Assembly (NCBI GenBank): GCA_015231265.1
Contig: JADGBX010000003.1
Location: 2,829 to 66,828 of the forward strand
DNA from: Magnetococcales bacterium
GTDB taxonomy: Bacteria > Pseudomonadota > Magnetococcia > Magnetococcales > JADGBX01
Reading direction: 5' to 3'
Length of the DNA: 64,000 bases
Shown here piece by piece: positions 8,910-18,752 of the stretch. Each line of letters opens with the position of its first letter. Positions within the stretch are counted from its first letter, which is position 1. Below the pieces are notes generated by a model that saw nothing but the letters and a program-made list of their open reading frames with translations, was not told where the DNA came from and did no database searches. The translations under genes and the position numbers were made by a program.

Positions 8910-10541
8910 TCATGCCACCCGCGATGAGATCCGGGCTGCACCGCGTCCGGAGTCCTTGGCAGCGTAAAGTGCAACATCGGCGGATTTGAGCAGGGACTCC
9001 ATGGTTTCGCCGTGGTGGGGAAAGATGGCAATACCGATACTGACACCGATGGTGCAGATATGATCATCGATGGCGTAGGGCTGGGCGATATCGGTGTTGA
9101 CCCGCCGGGAGATGAACAACGCCTCCTCGGAACTGCCGCACTCCGGAAGCAGTGCTGCGAACTCATCCCCGCCCAGACGAAAGACCGTATCGGTCTCCCT
9201 CAACGCCTCCTGAAATCGCTCCGCCACCTCCTTCAGCAGCATGTCACCCACATCGTGGCCGAAGGTGTCGTTGATCGGTTTGAAGCGGTCCAGATCCATA
9301 TAGAGAATGGCAAAAGTACGCTCACCCACCCGTCGGTGACGACGCAGAACATGGGCCAGTTTCTGCTCGAACATGCGGCGGTTGCCAAGCCCGGTCAAAG
9401 CATCGCGCAGGGCGAGATCCTCCAGATCCTGTCGCTCCTGATGCAGAACCCGAATGTACTTGACCACGGCGTGGGCCGCCACGTCGAACCCCTGCTCAAC
9501 CATCTGGATCTCGTTGCGTGGACTCTCCCCCACCGATGAGAACCCCAATCCCTCCCCGGCACAGCGGTCGGTCAGAGCCAGCGCCTTCCCCTCAAGGCGT
9601 CGCATGGGGCGCAGTAGCAGCCCGTCGATCATGAACCCGAGCATCCCCAACAGAACCAACAGGGCAACGGTGGAGTATCCCAGTCGCCATTGGATCTCCG
9701 ACAGAATCTTGTGGTTGACGTTCATATCGAGCGGGACCACCAGACAGAAAGTCTCGTTTGAGATGCGGATCGGGGCGTAGTGCCAGCCCTGATTGCTCTC
9801 CTCGTTCAAGGTGGTGTAGGAGATCCCTTCCGAGATGGTTTTGCGAACGGTTGCGGTATTGAGGCGGATCCAGCTATCCCAGTCGAAAGCACCCCGGATC
9901 GAACTGTCCAACGTGGCAAAGAGTAGTTTGTCGCCGATGATCGACTCCACCTCCCGCTTCAATCCCTTCTCCACCCGTAACCCAGCGATTACACTACCCG
10001 CCACCTGGCCATCGAATACCAGCGGCGTCATCACCTTTACCACCCAGCGTTTGTCGAGCCGGGTCGTGAACTGGCTCCAACTTCCCCCCAACACCCGCGT
10101 CAACGCCGGCGAACGGTAGATATCGCCCGTAATCAGATGTTGCGCAGTGCTGTAGAGCACCTGTCCCTGATCGTCGGTGACGATCAGAAAATCGAGATTC
10201 ATGGTCATGAAGAAGAGATCCAGCTTCTCCATGTAGCGTCCGATTCCATCGGTTTTACCGGCAGTGCGGGCGTTCAGCATGGAGCGGGCGAGATCGGTAT
10301 CCTCCTCCCAGAAGAGGCGCATGATGTGGGAGAGTTCATTCACCTCGTTGCGGATGCCCATCTGGATACGGGAGGCGGTGGCATCGGCTTCGGAGATCAG
10401 TTTGTCGTTCAGGGTCTGGTGTAAAAACGGGTAGTTGATCGCATACCCCACCGCCAGGGTCACCATTCCCACAAGACAGAGCCCCCCGACCAATGGATAG
10501 ATCAGACTGATACGCAAACGAAGCGATCTCAAACGCCACAT
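8910..10541 (-). CDS. Membrane-bound diguanylate cyclase (GGDEF) with a periplasmic sensor domain
   Basis: 543 aa. There is an N-terminal TM segment, a roughly 250-aa extracytoplasmic region and a second TM segment. The GGDEF domain has RLGGDEFAALL and an RETD I-site five residues upstream. Confidence 0.85.
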   Translation of the reverse strand: MWRLRSLRLRISLIYPLVGGLCLVGMVTLAVGYAINYPFLHQTLNDKLISEADATASRIQMGIRNEVNELSHIMRLFWEEDTDLARSMLNARTAGKTDGIGRYMEKLDLFFMTMNLDFLIVTDDQGQVLYSTAQHLITGDIYRSPALTRVLGGSWSQFTTRLDKRWVVKVMTPLVFDGQVAGSVIAGLRVEKGLKREVESIIGDKLLFATLDSSIRGAFDWDSWIRLNTATVRKTISEGISYTTLNEESNQGWHYAPIRISNETFCLVVPLDMNVNHKILSEIQWRLGYSTVALLVLLGMLGFMIDGLLLRPMRRLEGKALALTDRCAGEGLGFSSVGESPRNEIQMVEQGFDVAAHAVVKYIRVLHQERQDLEDLALRDALTGLGNRRMFEQKLAHVLRRHRRVGERTFAILYMDLDRFKPINDTFGHDVGDMLLKEVAERFQEALRETDTVFRLGGDEFAALLPECGSSEEALFISRRVNTDIAQPYAIDDHICTIGVSIGIAIFPHHGETMESLLKSADVALYAAKDSGRGAARISSRVA

Positions 10542-10674
10542 GACAAGTTACCCGTCTCCTGGACAACGGTGTGAATCGGTTGGGGGAGTCTTTTCTTTCT
10601 GAGGACGTTGATCGTGTTCGAAACTGGACACAACAGGGATTCACCCTCCATACCGCCCCCTCAAACCAGTATGC

Positions 10675-10720
10675 CACGGACCGGGGTCCCCTCTCATTTG
10701 ATCGGAAACCCCGGTCCGTG
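10675..10720. repeat. 12-bp perfect inverted repeat (hairpin) upstream of the GGDEF gene
   Basis: cacggaccgggg (10675-10686) and ccccggtccgtg (10709-10720) are exact reverse complements separated by 22 nt. Confidence 0.6.
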
Positions 10721-10933
10721 AGTGACACAAACACGACATCCATACATGGCGCACAACTCTACCAGATACCTCATGATTTCCGGTGACGATTCGGTAAATT
10801 CATCATGAATTCTACCTCACACATCTTTACCGATTCACTGGCATAAGGAAATTATCCTAGCAATTTCAATGCGTTGGGATGGTCGTATTCCGAAACAACC
10901 GCTCGGCGATTCGCAACCGTTAGAAATAGTAGA

Positions 10934-10959
10934 GATTTCTCGAAAACTGTGACGCTCAG
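10934..10959 (-). repeat. 26-nt dispersed repeat core (copy 2, inverted)
   Basis: gatttctcgaaaactgtgacgctcag is the reverse complement of 385-410 with one mismatch. Confidence 0.6.
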
Positions 10960-11137
10960 GATTCGCAGAGTTGTGTAGAGGCTCGATTCCAGCCTGATCC
11001 GCAGGATCGAGATTCGACATCTATCTGTTTCTTCTTCTCTTCGTAATTGCGATTCTTGTGTTACCGAGTATTTGATGCGAATACAACGAATTTCCATGGG
11101 GAACTGAAGCGATAGGGGAGTATTCTAATACTCCAAG

Positions 11138-11326
11138 CTAGGGCGTGTCTTCAATTAGCCCAAAACCGCGCTGGCGTACCGCCAGCCCTTCGGGTTTGGC
11201 CTGAAAACGCACCATGCTTCGTTGTTCGTCGCTCATTTGGCCGTGCCAAACCGCGCTCCTCACGCCTTGCCTGCTGCATTTTCAGGCACAAACGCGATTT
11301 CGTTCTAAATTGAAGACACGCCCTAG
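11138..11326. mobile_element. Complete 189-bp MITE-like element with 19-bp terminal inverted repeats
   Basis: The left end ctagggcgtgtcttcaatt (11138-11156) is the exact reverse complement of the right end aattgaagacacgccctag (11308-11326). Read as TA + GGGCGTGTC...GACACGCCC + TA, the element is flanked by TA. There is no transposase-sized ORF inside. Related ends occur at 425, 20925, 40771, 41142, 55868 and 61701. Confidence 0.75.
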
Positions 11327-11815
11327 TATTTCACTTCTTGAACTGTGACATGCTTGTGTGCCGGAGGATCAGAGGAAATAGTATTATTGTGTCGCACGGA
11401 ATAACCGTAATATCCTGTCCGACTCCATCAATTGCACCAAATATGTTTCATTGATGTGTGGCCAAATTATACAGAACTTCCATGCACTGTAATGTCATTT
11501 ACACTTGTATAAATGAAGTGAATAGTTCCGCAGGATTCACAATCATTCACACGGCATGACGGTGGCGTGTTGGCATATAATCCATCAGCCATTCAAGGCA
11601 CTTGCTTGACAATTCACTCTCCTCTCATGCAGGTTCGCTACTGAGTTGTGCAATCTGCACACACCATGTGACACACAAATGGATCCGGGTCGGCCATGAA
11701 GACACTCTGCCAAGTACCTACTCTATTGTTACACTTGTCCGTCCCCATCCCTGGAAGAGCACACCTTTGCACCACCGACACATGACGAAAAATACACGCG
11801 AGGTGTTCACGATTC

Positions 11816-13465
11816 ATGAACAAGAATAACGACCTGCTTGGAAAGTGGTTATCGTCTCTTGCCGCTGCTGCTGTGATCGTTCTTATGCCCTGTCAACAGA
11901 TCGAAGCGCAGGAGGGTTCGGTTGATCAGCCCTCCTCTATGAAACGCCAGATCGCGGAGGATCAGACCAGTGTTACCCGGAACGCACGACCTTTGGTTCC
12001 CATCGCATTGCAAGGGGCGCACCGGTTGACGTTGAGGGATTTTGTCCGCTTGGCGATGCAGGAAAACGATACGGTTCGGAGAGAGGAGCTGGAGGCCCGT
12101 ATCGCCGCTGCCGCTATCGAGAATGCCGAGTCGGTTTTTGAACCGATTCTAAGCGGATCGGTGGCCCGTGAACGTTCGTTTACCCGAACCGATGCAGTGG
12201 AGCAAGCGCAGTATTCCAGTCTCAGTGAATACCGATCCCGTACCAATACGATCGATATCGGGGTAGAAGGGCTGTTGCAGACAGGCGCTCGGGTCAAGGT
12301 GGGCTATGCCCAGGAGGATCCTACCAACGACCTGCAAAAGAATGTCAACCAAGGCCATGAAGTTAAAACCGAACTTGAAGTGAGTGTGACTCAACCGCTG
12401 CTGAAGAACTTCGGTCCCCGCGTCACCAGCACCACTGTCCGCATCGCCGAGTACGACGCCGAGATTGCCGAACAGAAGCGACGCCAGGTGATGATGGAGA
12501 CGGCAACCAAGGCGATCATCGGCTATCAGGAGCTACAGAAGGCGCAGATGTTATGGCAGCTGCGGCGGGAGAGTCTGGGTAAATCCCAGCGTCTTCTGGA
12601 CGAAATGGTGCAACTGATGCAAGCAGGCAGGCAGCCAGAGTCGGCAGTTCTTGATGCGGAGGCGAATAGTATCCAGCGACAGGTCGCACTGCGCACGGCA
12701 GAAAGCGCCCTGCAGACGGCAGTGGTCAAAGCACAGGATCTGTTGTTGGGCAGCGATGATACCCGGTTGCCCGTGCAGATTCTGGCAGCGGAATCCCTCT
12801 CCGACCCCATCACCAACCGAGTCGACCGTTCCGACCGAATGGTCCAACAGGCGCTGAAGGAGCACCCGGAGATTCAATCTGCCCGCCTCGGTACCCAGCG
12901 CGAGGAGGAGCGGCTGGTCTATGCCGACAATCAACGGCTGGTACAGTTGGATTTCTCGGGGAGTTATTCTCTCAATGGTCTGGACCGGCATGGGGACTCT
13001 TCGTTGGCGGATGCCATGAAACGGGATCACTCCGATTGGAGAATGGGTCTGGAGTTGAAGGTTCCCCTGGGCGGGGGCTGGAAGACCCGCAGCGAGTATA
13101 ATGCTGCCCTGCATAAACGGGATCAGGCCGCGCTGGAGATGCATGTGGCAAAAAAACGGCTGATCAACGGACTTCAGGAGCGCATGAATGCAGTGGATGC
13201 GGCTAGGGATCAGGTGGCTTATGCCCGTCAGGCTCTCCGTCTGCGGGAACGGATGCTGAAGAGCGAGCAGAGCATGTTCAAAGGCGGAAAAAGCTCCCTG
13301 CGAACCGTGATCATTCGGGAGGAGGGGGTGCTGCAAGCGCGAGAACAGGTGTTGGAAAAACGGTTTGAACTGGCCCGAGCCCAGGCACTGCTGGATATGA
13401 GCCGGGGGGTGCTGCTAGAGATGTTCGGCGTCGAGCCGACACCGGTTCAGAGGGAGGCATCATGA
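11816..13465 (+). CDS. TolC-family outer membrane efflux protein
   Basis: 549 aa with a signal peptide and two tandem OEP-type halves (LTLRDFVRLAMQEND..., long coiled helical segments). Confidence 0.8.
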   Translation: MNKNNDLLGKWLSSLAAAAVIVLMPCQQIEAQEGSVDQPSSMKRQIAEDQTSVTRNARPLVPIALQGAHRLTLRDFVRLAMQENDTVRREELEARIAAAAIENAESVFEPILSGSVARERSFTRTDAVEQAQYSSLSEYRSRTNTIDIGVEGLLQTGARVKVGYAQEDPTNDLQKNVNQGHEVKTELEVSVTQPLLKNFGPRVTSTTVRIAEYDAEIAEQKRRQVMMETATKAIIGYQELQKAQMLWQLRRESLGKSQRLLDEMVQLMQAGRQPESAVLDAEANSIQRQVALRTAESALQTAVVKAQDLLLGSDDTRLPVQILAAESLSDPITNRVDRSDRMVQQALKEHPEIQSARLGTQREEERLVYADNQRLVQLDFSGSYSLNGLDRHGDSSLADAMKRDHSDWRMGLELKVPLGGGWKTRSEYNAALHKRDQAALEMHVAKKRLINGLQERMNAVDAARDQVAYARQALRLRERMLKSEQSMFKGGKSSLRTVIIREEGVLQAREQVLEKRFELARAQALLDMSRGVLLEMFGVEPTPVQREAS

Positions 13466-14298
13466 CGCTCGGGCGTGTGGTGATAATCAGCGTGGTGGCG
13501 GGTCTGCTCGGGGTGATCAACCCGGCCTTGGCGGTGGAGCAGCGCGTCACCGGTTTCACCCGGGTCGTGGAGGACCTGGCTCTGGGACTGCCGGTGGCTG
13601 GGCGGATTCAACATCTTCGGGTCAAGGAGGGGGATAGAATCGCCCGAGGCCGGGTGATCCTCTCCCTGGACAAGCGGCTGGAGGATTTAGAGTACAAACG
13701 GCGGGTGGTCATTCGGGATGACCGAACCTTGCTGGATGCGGCCAGGCAGAAGGTGGAAATTCTTCGCCGTCAGCTCACCGCGACCCGAACCCTCTATGAA
13801 AACTCTCGCTCCGTCAGTCGGGATGAGCTGGACGCCAAGGAGCTGGAACTGGCCTCGGCCACGGCTGAACGTCAACGACTGGAACTGGCCGAGAAGACGG
13901 AGCGTCTGGAAGCCGATCTGGCTCGGGTCCAACTGGACCAACGGGTGCTGCGTGCGCCCACGGCGGGCCGGATCGTCAAAATCCATAAACGGCAGGGTGA
14001 GAGTGTTCAAACCCATGAACCGGTTGTGCAACTGGTGACCATCACCCCATGTCTCTTCGTCGCCAATATCGAAGAGGCCCTGTCGGAAAATATCCAAATG
14101 GGTATGAAGGTGGTGCTCCATCTCAAAACCGGCAGTCGCACGGTTCAGACCGAAGGCACCATCTCCTTCATCTCTCCGGTTTTGGATACCGCCAGCGGGT
14201 TGCTGGAGGTTCACGCCACCTTCGACAACCGGAAACCGGAGATACGCCCCGGTGTCATGGGGGAGATGCTGATTGAGGTGAGCGAACCGGAGTTGTAA
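13462..14298 (+). CDS. Small HlyD/MFP-family periplasmic adaptor
   Basis: 278 aa with an N-terminal anchor. Lipoyl-like hairpin halves VAGRIQHLRVKEGDRIARGRVILSLD and LRAPTAGRIVKIHKRQGESV flank a coiled coil. ATGA overlap with the upstream TolC gene. Confidence 0.8.
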   Translation: MTLGRVVIISVVAGLLGVINPALAVEQRVTGFTRVVEDLALGLPVAGRIQHLRVKEGDRIARGRVILSLDKRLEDLEYKRRVVIRDDRTLLDAARQKVEILRRQLTATRTLYENSRSVSRDELDAKELELASATAERQRLELAEKTERLEADLARVQLDQRVLRAPTAGRIVKIHKRQGESVQTHEPVVQLVTITPCLFVANIEEALSENIQMGMKVVLHLKTGSRTVQTEGTISFISPVLDTASGLLEVHATFDNRKPEIRPGVMGEMLIEVSEPEL

Positions 14299-14471
14299 GG
14301 CCTTATTGTTCCCATCTATATGATCTCTCAAGACTCGACAGCCACGATATCCAGTGTTGCTCTTATCCAGAGAGGCAGGGTACGGAGATGGCACCGAAGG
14401 TCGTTATCCACAGTGAAGTGTGTTGTAGGAAACGAACCTGAAACAGCCCACATCCACCATCATTAAAAAAA

Positions 14472-16814
14472 CTATTTGCGTTTGGCGCGTGCAAACGCAT
14501 CGGCCATGGCACTCGTCTGTGTTTGATGGCGTTGCTTCTTGGACCGGTTCTGAGGCGTAGAGTTGGTGGGCCGTGTCTGACGGCGTGACGATTTCTTATT
14601 CTGTGGCGGACGGTGATTGGAAGAGGGTGCCGATGTGGGATCATCGTCCAACCGCATGCTCAGACCGATCCGCTTCCGCGCTGGATCGACACTGATCACC
14701 TTCACCGTGACGACGGCTCCCGCCTTTGTGATCTGATGGGGATCCTTGACGAAACGGTCGGCCATGGCGGAGATGTGCACCAAGCCGTCCTGATGCACGC
14801 CGACATCGACGAACGCACCGAAATTGGTCACGTTGCTCACCACCCCCTCAAGAACCATTCCTGGTTTCAGATCCCCTATGCTTTCGACCCCTTCACGAAA
14901 GGCGGCGGTTTTAAATCCCGGACGGGGATCACGACCCGGCTTCTCCAGTTCATTGAGGATATCCCGGATCGTCGGCTCGCCGAAGCGCGCATCAACGAAG
15001 GCAGCGGGATCGAGTGTCGCCAGCAGGGCTCCATTGCCTATGGCCTCCTCCAGAGGTTTCTTGAGCCGAGCCACCATCCGTTTTACCACAGGATAGGATT
15101 CGGGATGCACCGCCGAGGCGTCCAGAGCAGTGGTGCCGTTGAGAATGCGCAGAAAACCGGCGGCTTGTTCGAAGGTCTTCGGGCCGAAGCGGGGCACGCT
15201 CTTCAACGCGGTACGGCTGCGAAAGGGGCCGTGCTCATCCCGGTAGTTGATGATGTTGCGGGCCAGAGTGTCGTTGAGTCCTGAAATCCGCTTCAGCAGG
15301 GGAGCAGAGGCTGTATTGACATCCACCCCTACCGCATTGACCGCATCCTCCACCACACCATCCAGAGCGGCCGAGAGCCGGTTTTCGTCCACATCGTGTT
15401 GATACTGGCCGACACCGATGGCGCGGGGTTCGATCTTGACCAGCTCTGCCAGAGGATCCTGCAAACGCCTGGCAATAGAGACGGCACCTCGGAGGGAGAC
15501 GTCCAACTCCGGCAGTTCGTTGGAGGCAAATGCCGAGGCCGAATAGACCGATGCTCCGGCTTCGTTGACAATGACCGGTGTGATGGCGAGATCGGCCCGT
15601 TGCTGCTTCAGCTCGGTCACCAAACGCATGGTCTCGCGTGAGCCGGTGCCGTTGCCGATACTGAACAGAGTCGCTTTGTGCCGTTTGACCAGCTCTGTCA
15701 GCGTGCTGATGGCGGCGCTCCATTGATTGCGGGGAGGGTGAGGATAGATTGTGGTAGTGGCAACCACCTTGCCTGTCTTATCCACGACCGCCACCTTGAC
15801 ACCGGTACGCAGCCCGGGATCAAGACCGATCACGGCGCTGTCTCCGGCAGGGGCTGCCATCAACAGATCATTAAGATTCCGTCCGAACACCCGAATCGCT
15901 TCCTCATGGGCATTTTCCGTGAGCTGTTTGATCAGCCCGTTCTCCAGATGCGGGCGCAGTTTCTTCATCCAGGCCTGATGCAGCGTCTCCATGCGCCAGG
16001 CGTCACCGGGTCGATTGCGTTGGTGCAGATTAAAATGGCGGGCCATCTGCCGTTCGCAAAACCCCATCTCCCCCTTGCCCAAGGCGCGATCATCGGGATG
16101 CATGATACTGTGGCGCAGAACGCCCTCCTTGCGGCCCCGGAGAATCGCCAGGGTTCGGTGGGAGGGGATGGAACGCAGCGGTTCCGAAAACTCGAAATAG
16201 TCGCGGAAACGCTCTCCCTCCTTCTCCTTGCTCTTGATCAGCCGCGAGCAGAGCAGACCTCTGTTCCACAAGATCTCGCGCAGGGTGCCGATCAGATCGG
16301 AATCTTCGGAGAGGCGTTCCACCAGGATCGCCCGTGCCCCCTCCAGAGCCGTTCCGGTGTCCGGCACCTCCTTCTCCGGGTTGATGAAGGGGGAAGCGTG
16401 CTGTTCCGGTGTGCGGGCGGGATCTCTCAGCAGGGCATCGGCCAGAGGTTCCAGGCCCGCTTCACGGGCGACGGTCGCCTTGGTGCGTCGTTTCGGTCGG
16501 TAGGGGAGATAGAGATCTTCCAACTCTGCCGGACTCTCCACCCCGTTGATCCGTTGCTCCAGCTCCGGGGTCAATCGACCCTGTTTTCCGATGGTCTCAA
16601 GAATCGACAGCCGCCTCTTGTCCAGGGTTCTCAACAGGGATAACCGATCCTGAAGATCACGGAGATGGGTGTCGGTCAGCCCCTGGGTCGCCTCTTTGCG
16701 ATACCGGGCGATGAACGGGACCGTCGCCCCCTCATCCAGTAGGGAGATGGCCGCTTCAACCTGGGTGGTACGGACGTTCAGGGTGGTGGCTATGCGTTGG
16801 GCAAGTGTGTTCAT
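14472..16814 (-). CDS. tex: Tex-like transcription accessory protein (YqgF/HhH/S1 domains)
   Basis: 780 aa. The N-terminus ...QVEAAISLLDEGATVPFIARYRKEATQGLTD is the Tex signature. The C-terminal S1 domain is GMVLEGVVSNVTNFGAFVDVGVHQDGLVHIS, followed by a basic tail. Confidence 0.9.
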   Translation of the reverse strand: MNTLAQRIATTLNVRTTQVEAAISLLDEGATVPFIARYRKEATQGLTDTHLRDLQDRLSLLRTLDKRRLSILETIGKQGRLTPELEQRINGVESPAELEDLYLPYRPKRRTKATVAREAGLEPLADALLRDPARTPEQHASPFINPEKEVPDTGTALEGARAILVERLSEDSDLIGTLREILWNRGLLCSRLIKSKEKEGERFRDYFEFSEPLRSIPSHRTLAILRGRKEGVLRHSIMHPDDRALGKGEMGFCERQMARHFNLHQRNRPGDAWRMETLHQAWMKKLRPHLENGLIKQLTENAHEEAIRVFGRNLNDLLMAAPAGDSAVIGLDPGLRTGVKVAVVDKTGKVVATTTIYPHPPRNQWSAAISTLTELVKRHKATLFSIGNGTGSRETMRLVTELKQQRADLAITPVIVNEAGASVYSASAFASNELPELDVSLRGAVSIARRLQDPLAELVKIEPRAIGVGQYQHDVDENRLSAALDGVVEDAVNAVGVDVNTASAPLLKRISGLNDTLARNIINYRDEHGPFRSRTALKSVPRFGPKTFEQAAGFLRILNGTTALDASAVHPESYPVVKRMVARLKKPLEEAIGNGALLATLDPAAFVDARFGEPTIRDILNELEKPGRDPRPGFKTAAFREGVESIGDLKPGMVLEGVVSNVTNFGAFVDVGVHQDGLVHISAMADRFVKDPHQITKAGAVVTVKVISVDPARKRIGLSMRLDDDPTSAPSSNHRPPQNKKSSRRQTRPTNSTPQNRSKKQRHQTQTSAMADAFARAKRK

Positions 16815-17269
16815 GGAGTCTCACGTTTGATCGCTTGCAGCGTATTCTCCAGGGTGACCAGAAAACGGGAGCGATCCTTTTTTTGGAAGCTGGCATTGTG
16901 ACCGGAGATCTCACCGGTGTCGCGCAGATAGCTGTTCAGTTCGCGCATGGAGAGTGCCGTACCGATGGACTCTTCGTCAAAGGGCTTTCCCGTCGGCCCG
17001 ATGACGCGGGCTCCCTTCTCCAGGCAGCGTGCAGCCAAGGGAATGTCCGCCGTGATCGCCACATCCCGCGTGGCGATGCGTTGGGCGATCCAGTCATCGG
17101 CCACATCCAGTCCACCCGGCACCACCTCCAGCCGCACCATGGGGCTGACGGGGAGCCGCAGCCAGCGGTTACTGACCATGATCACCGGCAGACGGTGACG
17201 CTCCGCCACCCGGATAATCTCCTGCTTCACCGGGCAGGAGTCGGCATCGACATAGATTGTGGTGTTCAT
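16811..17269 (-). CDS. yaiI: YaiI/YqxD family protein (UPF0178)
   Basis: 152 aa. IYVDADSCPVK near the N-terminus is typical of UPF0178. The stop overlaps the tex start by 4 nt. Confidence 0.75.
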   Translation of the reverse strand: MNTTIYVDADSCPVKQEIIRVAERHRLPVIMVSNRWLRLPVSPMVRLEVVPGGLDVADDWIAQRIATRDVAITADIPLAARCLEKGARVIGPTGKPFDEESIGTALSMRELNSYLRDTGEISGHNASFQKKDRSRFLVTLENTLQAIKRETP

Positions 17270-17297
17270 TCAGTGCACTCCAGTGCAGTGGCACGCT

Positions 17298-18749
17298 TCA
17301 TGGTGTGGGTTTCGTTGCGCTCTTTTTCATGGTCTTCAACCGGCGATTCAGCGATTGCCGCGTGATACCGAGCAGTGTCGCGGCGATACCCTGATTGTCT
17401 TCGGCGCGCCGCATCGCTTCATCAATGAGGAAACGGTCCGCCTCCTTGAGGGTAGGGAAGGGGCCTAGGATCGCCAGAGAAGGGGTCTGTGCTCCATGTG
17501 TTTCCCCCTCTTCGGGCAAAGACGTCTCCTCACTGCCCCGACTCTGCCGGATTGCCTCCCGGAAGGACTCCATGGAGAGGGTGGATCCCGACTGGTGCTG
17601 GGCCACCCCATTGTAGACCATCGCCCGCAGCTCTCTCACATTGCCGGGGAAGTGGTAGGTCATCAGCAGCACCGGCAGCTCATCCGGGATGCGCGGAACC
17701 GGCTTCTCCATCGAAAGCGCCGCCTCCTCGACGAAGAAGAGCAGAAGAGGGTGCACATCCTCCTGACGGTCTCGCAGGGGAGGCAGGGTGATGGGGTGAC
17801 TGGCCAGCCGATAGTAGAGGTCGGTCCTGAAGGCGCTCTCCTGCATGCTGCGTTGCAGATCCCGGTTGGTGCTGGCGATGATGCGCGCACGACTCAACCG
17901 GTTGACGTCGGAACCCAACGGATAGTACGTGTGATCCTGAATCAGGCGCAGCAGCTTCACCTGTGAGGCGGGTGAGAGTTCGCCGATCTCATCCAGATAG
18001 AGCGTTCCTCCAGCCGCAGAGGCCACCAGCCCTTCTCTCGGTCGTTCCGCGCCGGAAAACGCGCCTTTGACGTGCCCGAACAGTGCATCGGAGATCATCG
18101 TATCGTCCAGACCGGCGACGTTGAGAGAGACCAGGGGGCTCTCTGGTCGGCTCAGTTGATGAATCGCCTGAACGATCAACTCCTTGCCGGTTCCCGTTTC
18201 ACCGGTGACCAGAATCGGCTCGCTGGACGCCGCCACAGCTTCCACATACTGAAAGATCGCTCGCATCGAAGTACTGCGCGTTACGATGGGGGAGAACACT
18301 TCCGGCTGGCGCAGGCGGTTACCGAGAAAGGCGTCCCGCAACGTATCGATCTGACGGCGCAGGGTGCGCACCTCCAGTGCCCGCCGTACCGACGAGAGAA
18401 AGCGGCTCTCCTCAACCGGTTTGACCAGGTAATCGAAGGCACCGTTCTGCATGCAGTCGACGGCGGTCTCCACATCCTGGAGCGCGGTCATGATGATCAC
18501 CGGCAGATGGGGAAAGCGCTCGACGATCTGCGGCAGAAGCTCCTGACCGGAGAGCTGCGGCATGAGCAGATCCAGTACGATGACACTTGCCGCTTCCTGT
18601 TCCAGAAGCGGGATCAGTTTGGTGGGATCATCCAGCGTTACCACCGGACGAATACCACCGCTCTTCAGCAGATAGGAGGATCCGAGCAGAATATCCTGTT
18701 CATCATCGACGATAATGACCGGGTGCGTGTCCTGTGTCATGGCTGGCAT
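17298..18749 (-). CDS. Sigma54-dependent response regulator (NtrC family)
   Basis: 483 aa. Receiver domain (VIVLDLLMPQLSG), AAA+ domain (GETGTGKE, KGAFSGA = GAFTGA-type sigma54 contact) and a C-terminal Fis-type HTH (AATLLGITRQSLNRRLK). Confidence 0.9.
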   Translation of the reverse strand: MPAMTQDTHPVIIVDDEQDILLGSSYLLKSGGIRPVVTLDDPTKLIPLLEQEAASVIVLDLLMPQLSGQELLPQIVERFPHLPVIIMTALQDVETAVDCMQNGAFDYLVKPVEESRFLSSVRRALEVRTLRRQIDTLRDAFLGNRLRQPEVFSPIVTRSTSMRAIFQYVEAVAASSEPILVTGETGTGKELIVQAIHQLSRPESPLVSLNVAGLDDTMISDALFGHVKGAFSGAERPREGLVASAAGGTLYLDEIGELSPASQVKLLRLIQDHTYYPLGSDVNRLSRARIIASTNRDLQRSMQESAFRTDLYYRLASHPITLPPLRDRQEDVHPLLLFFVEEAALSMEKPVPRIPDELPVLLMTYHFPGNVRELRAMVYNGVAQHQSGSTLSMESFREAIRQSRGSEETSLPEEGETHGAQTPSLAILGPFPTLKEADRFLIDEAMRRAEDNQGIAATLLGITRQSLNRRLKTMKKSATKPTP

Positions 18750-18752
18750 CCA

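Noticed and set aside
10979-10995. tRNA T-arm-like hairpin aggct-cgattcc-agcct
   Set aside because: The loop is offset from the canonical TTCGAAT register, and I could not find a matching acceptor stem, D-arm or anticodon arm in the flanking 80 nt. It is not a tRNA or a recognisable tRNA fragment.
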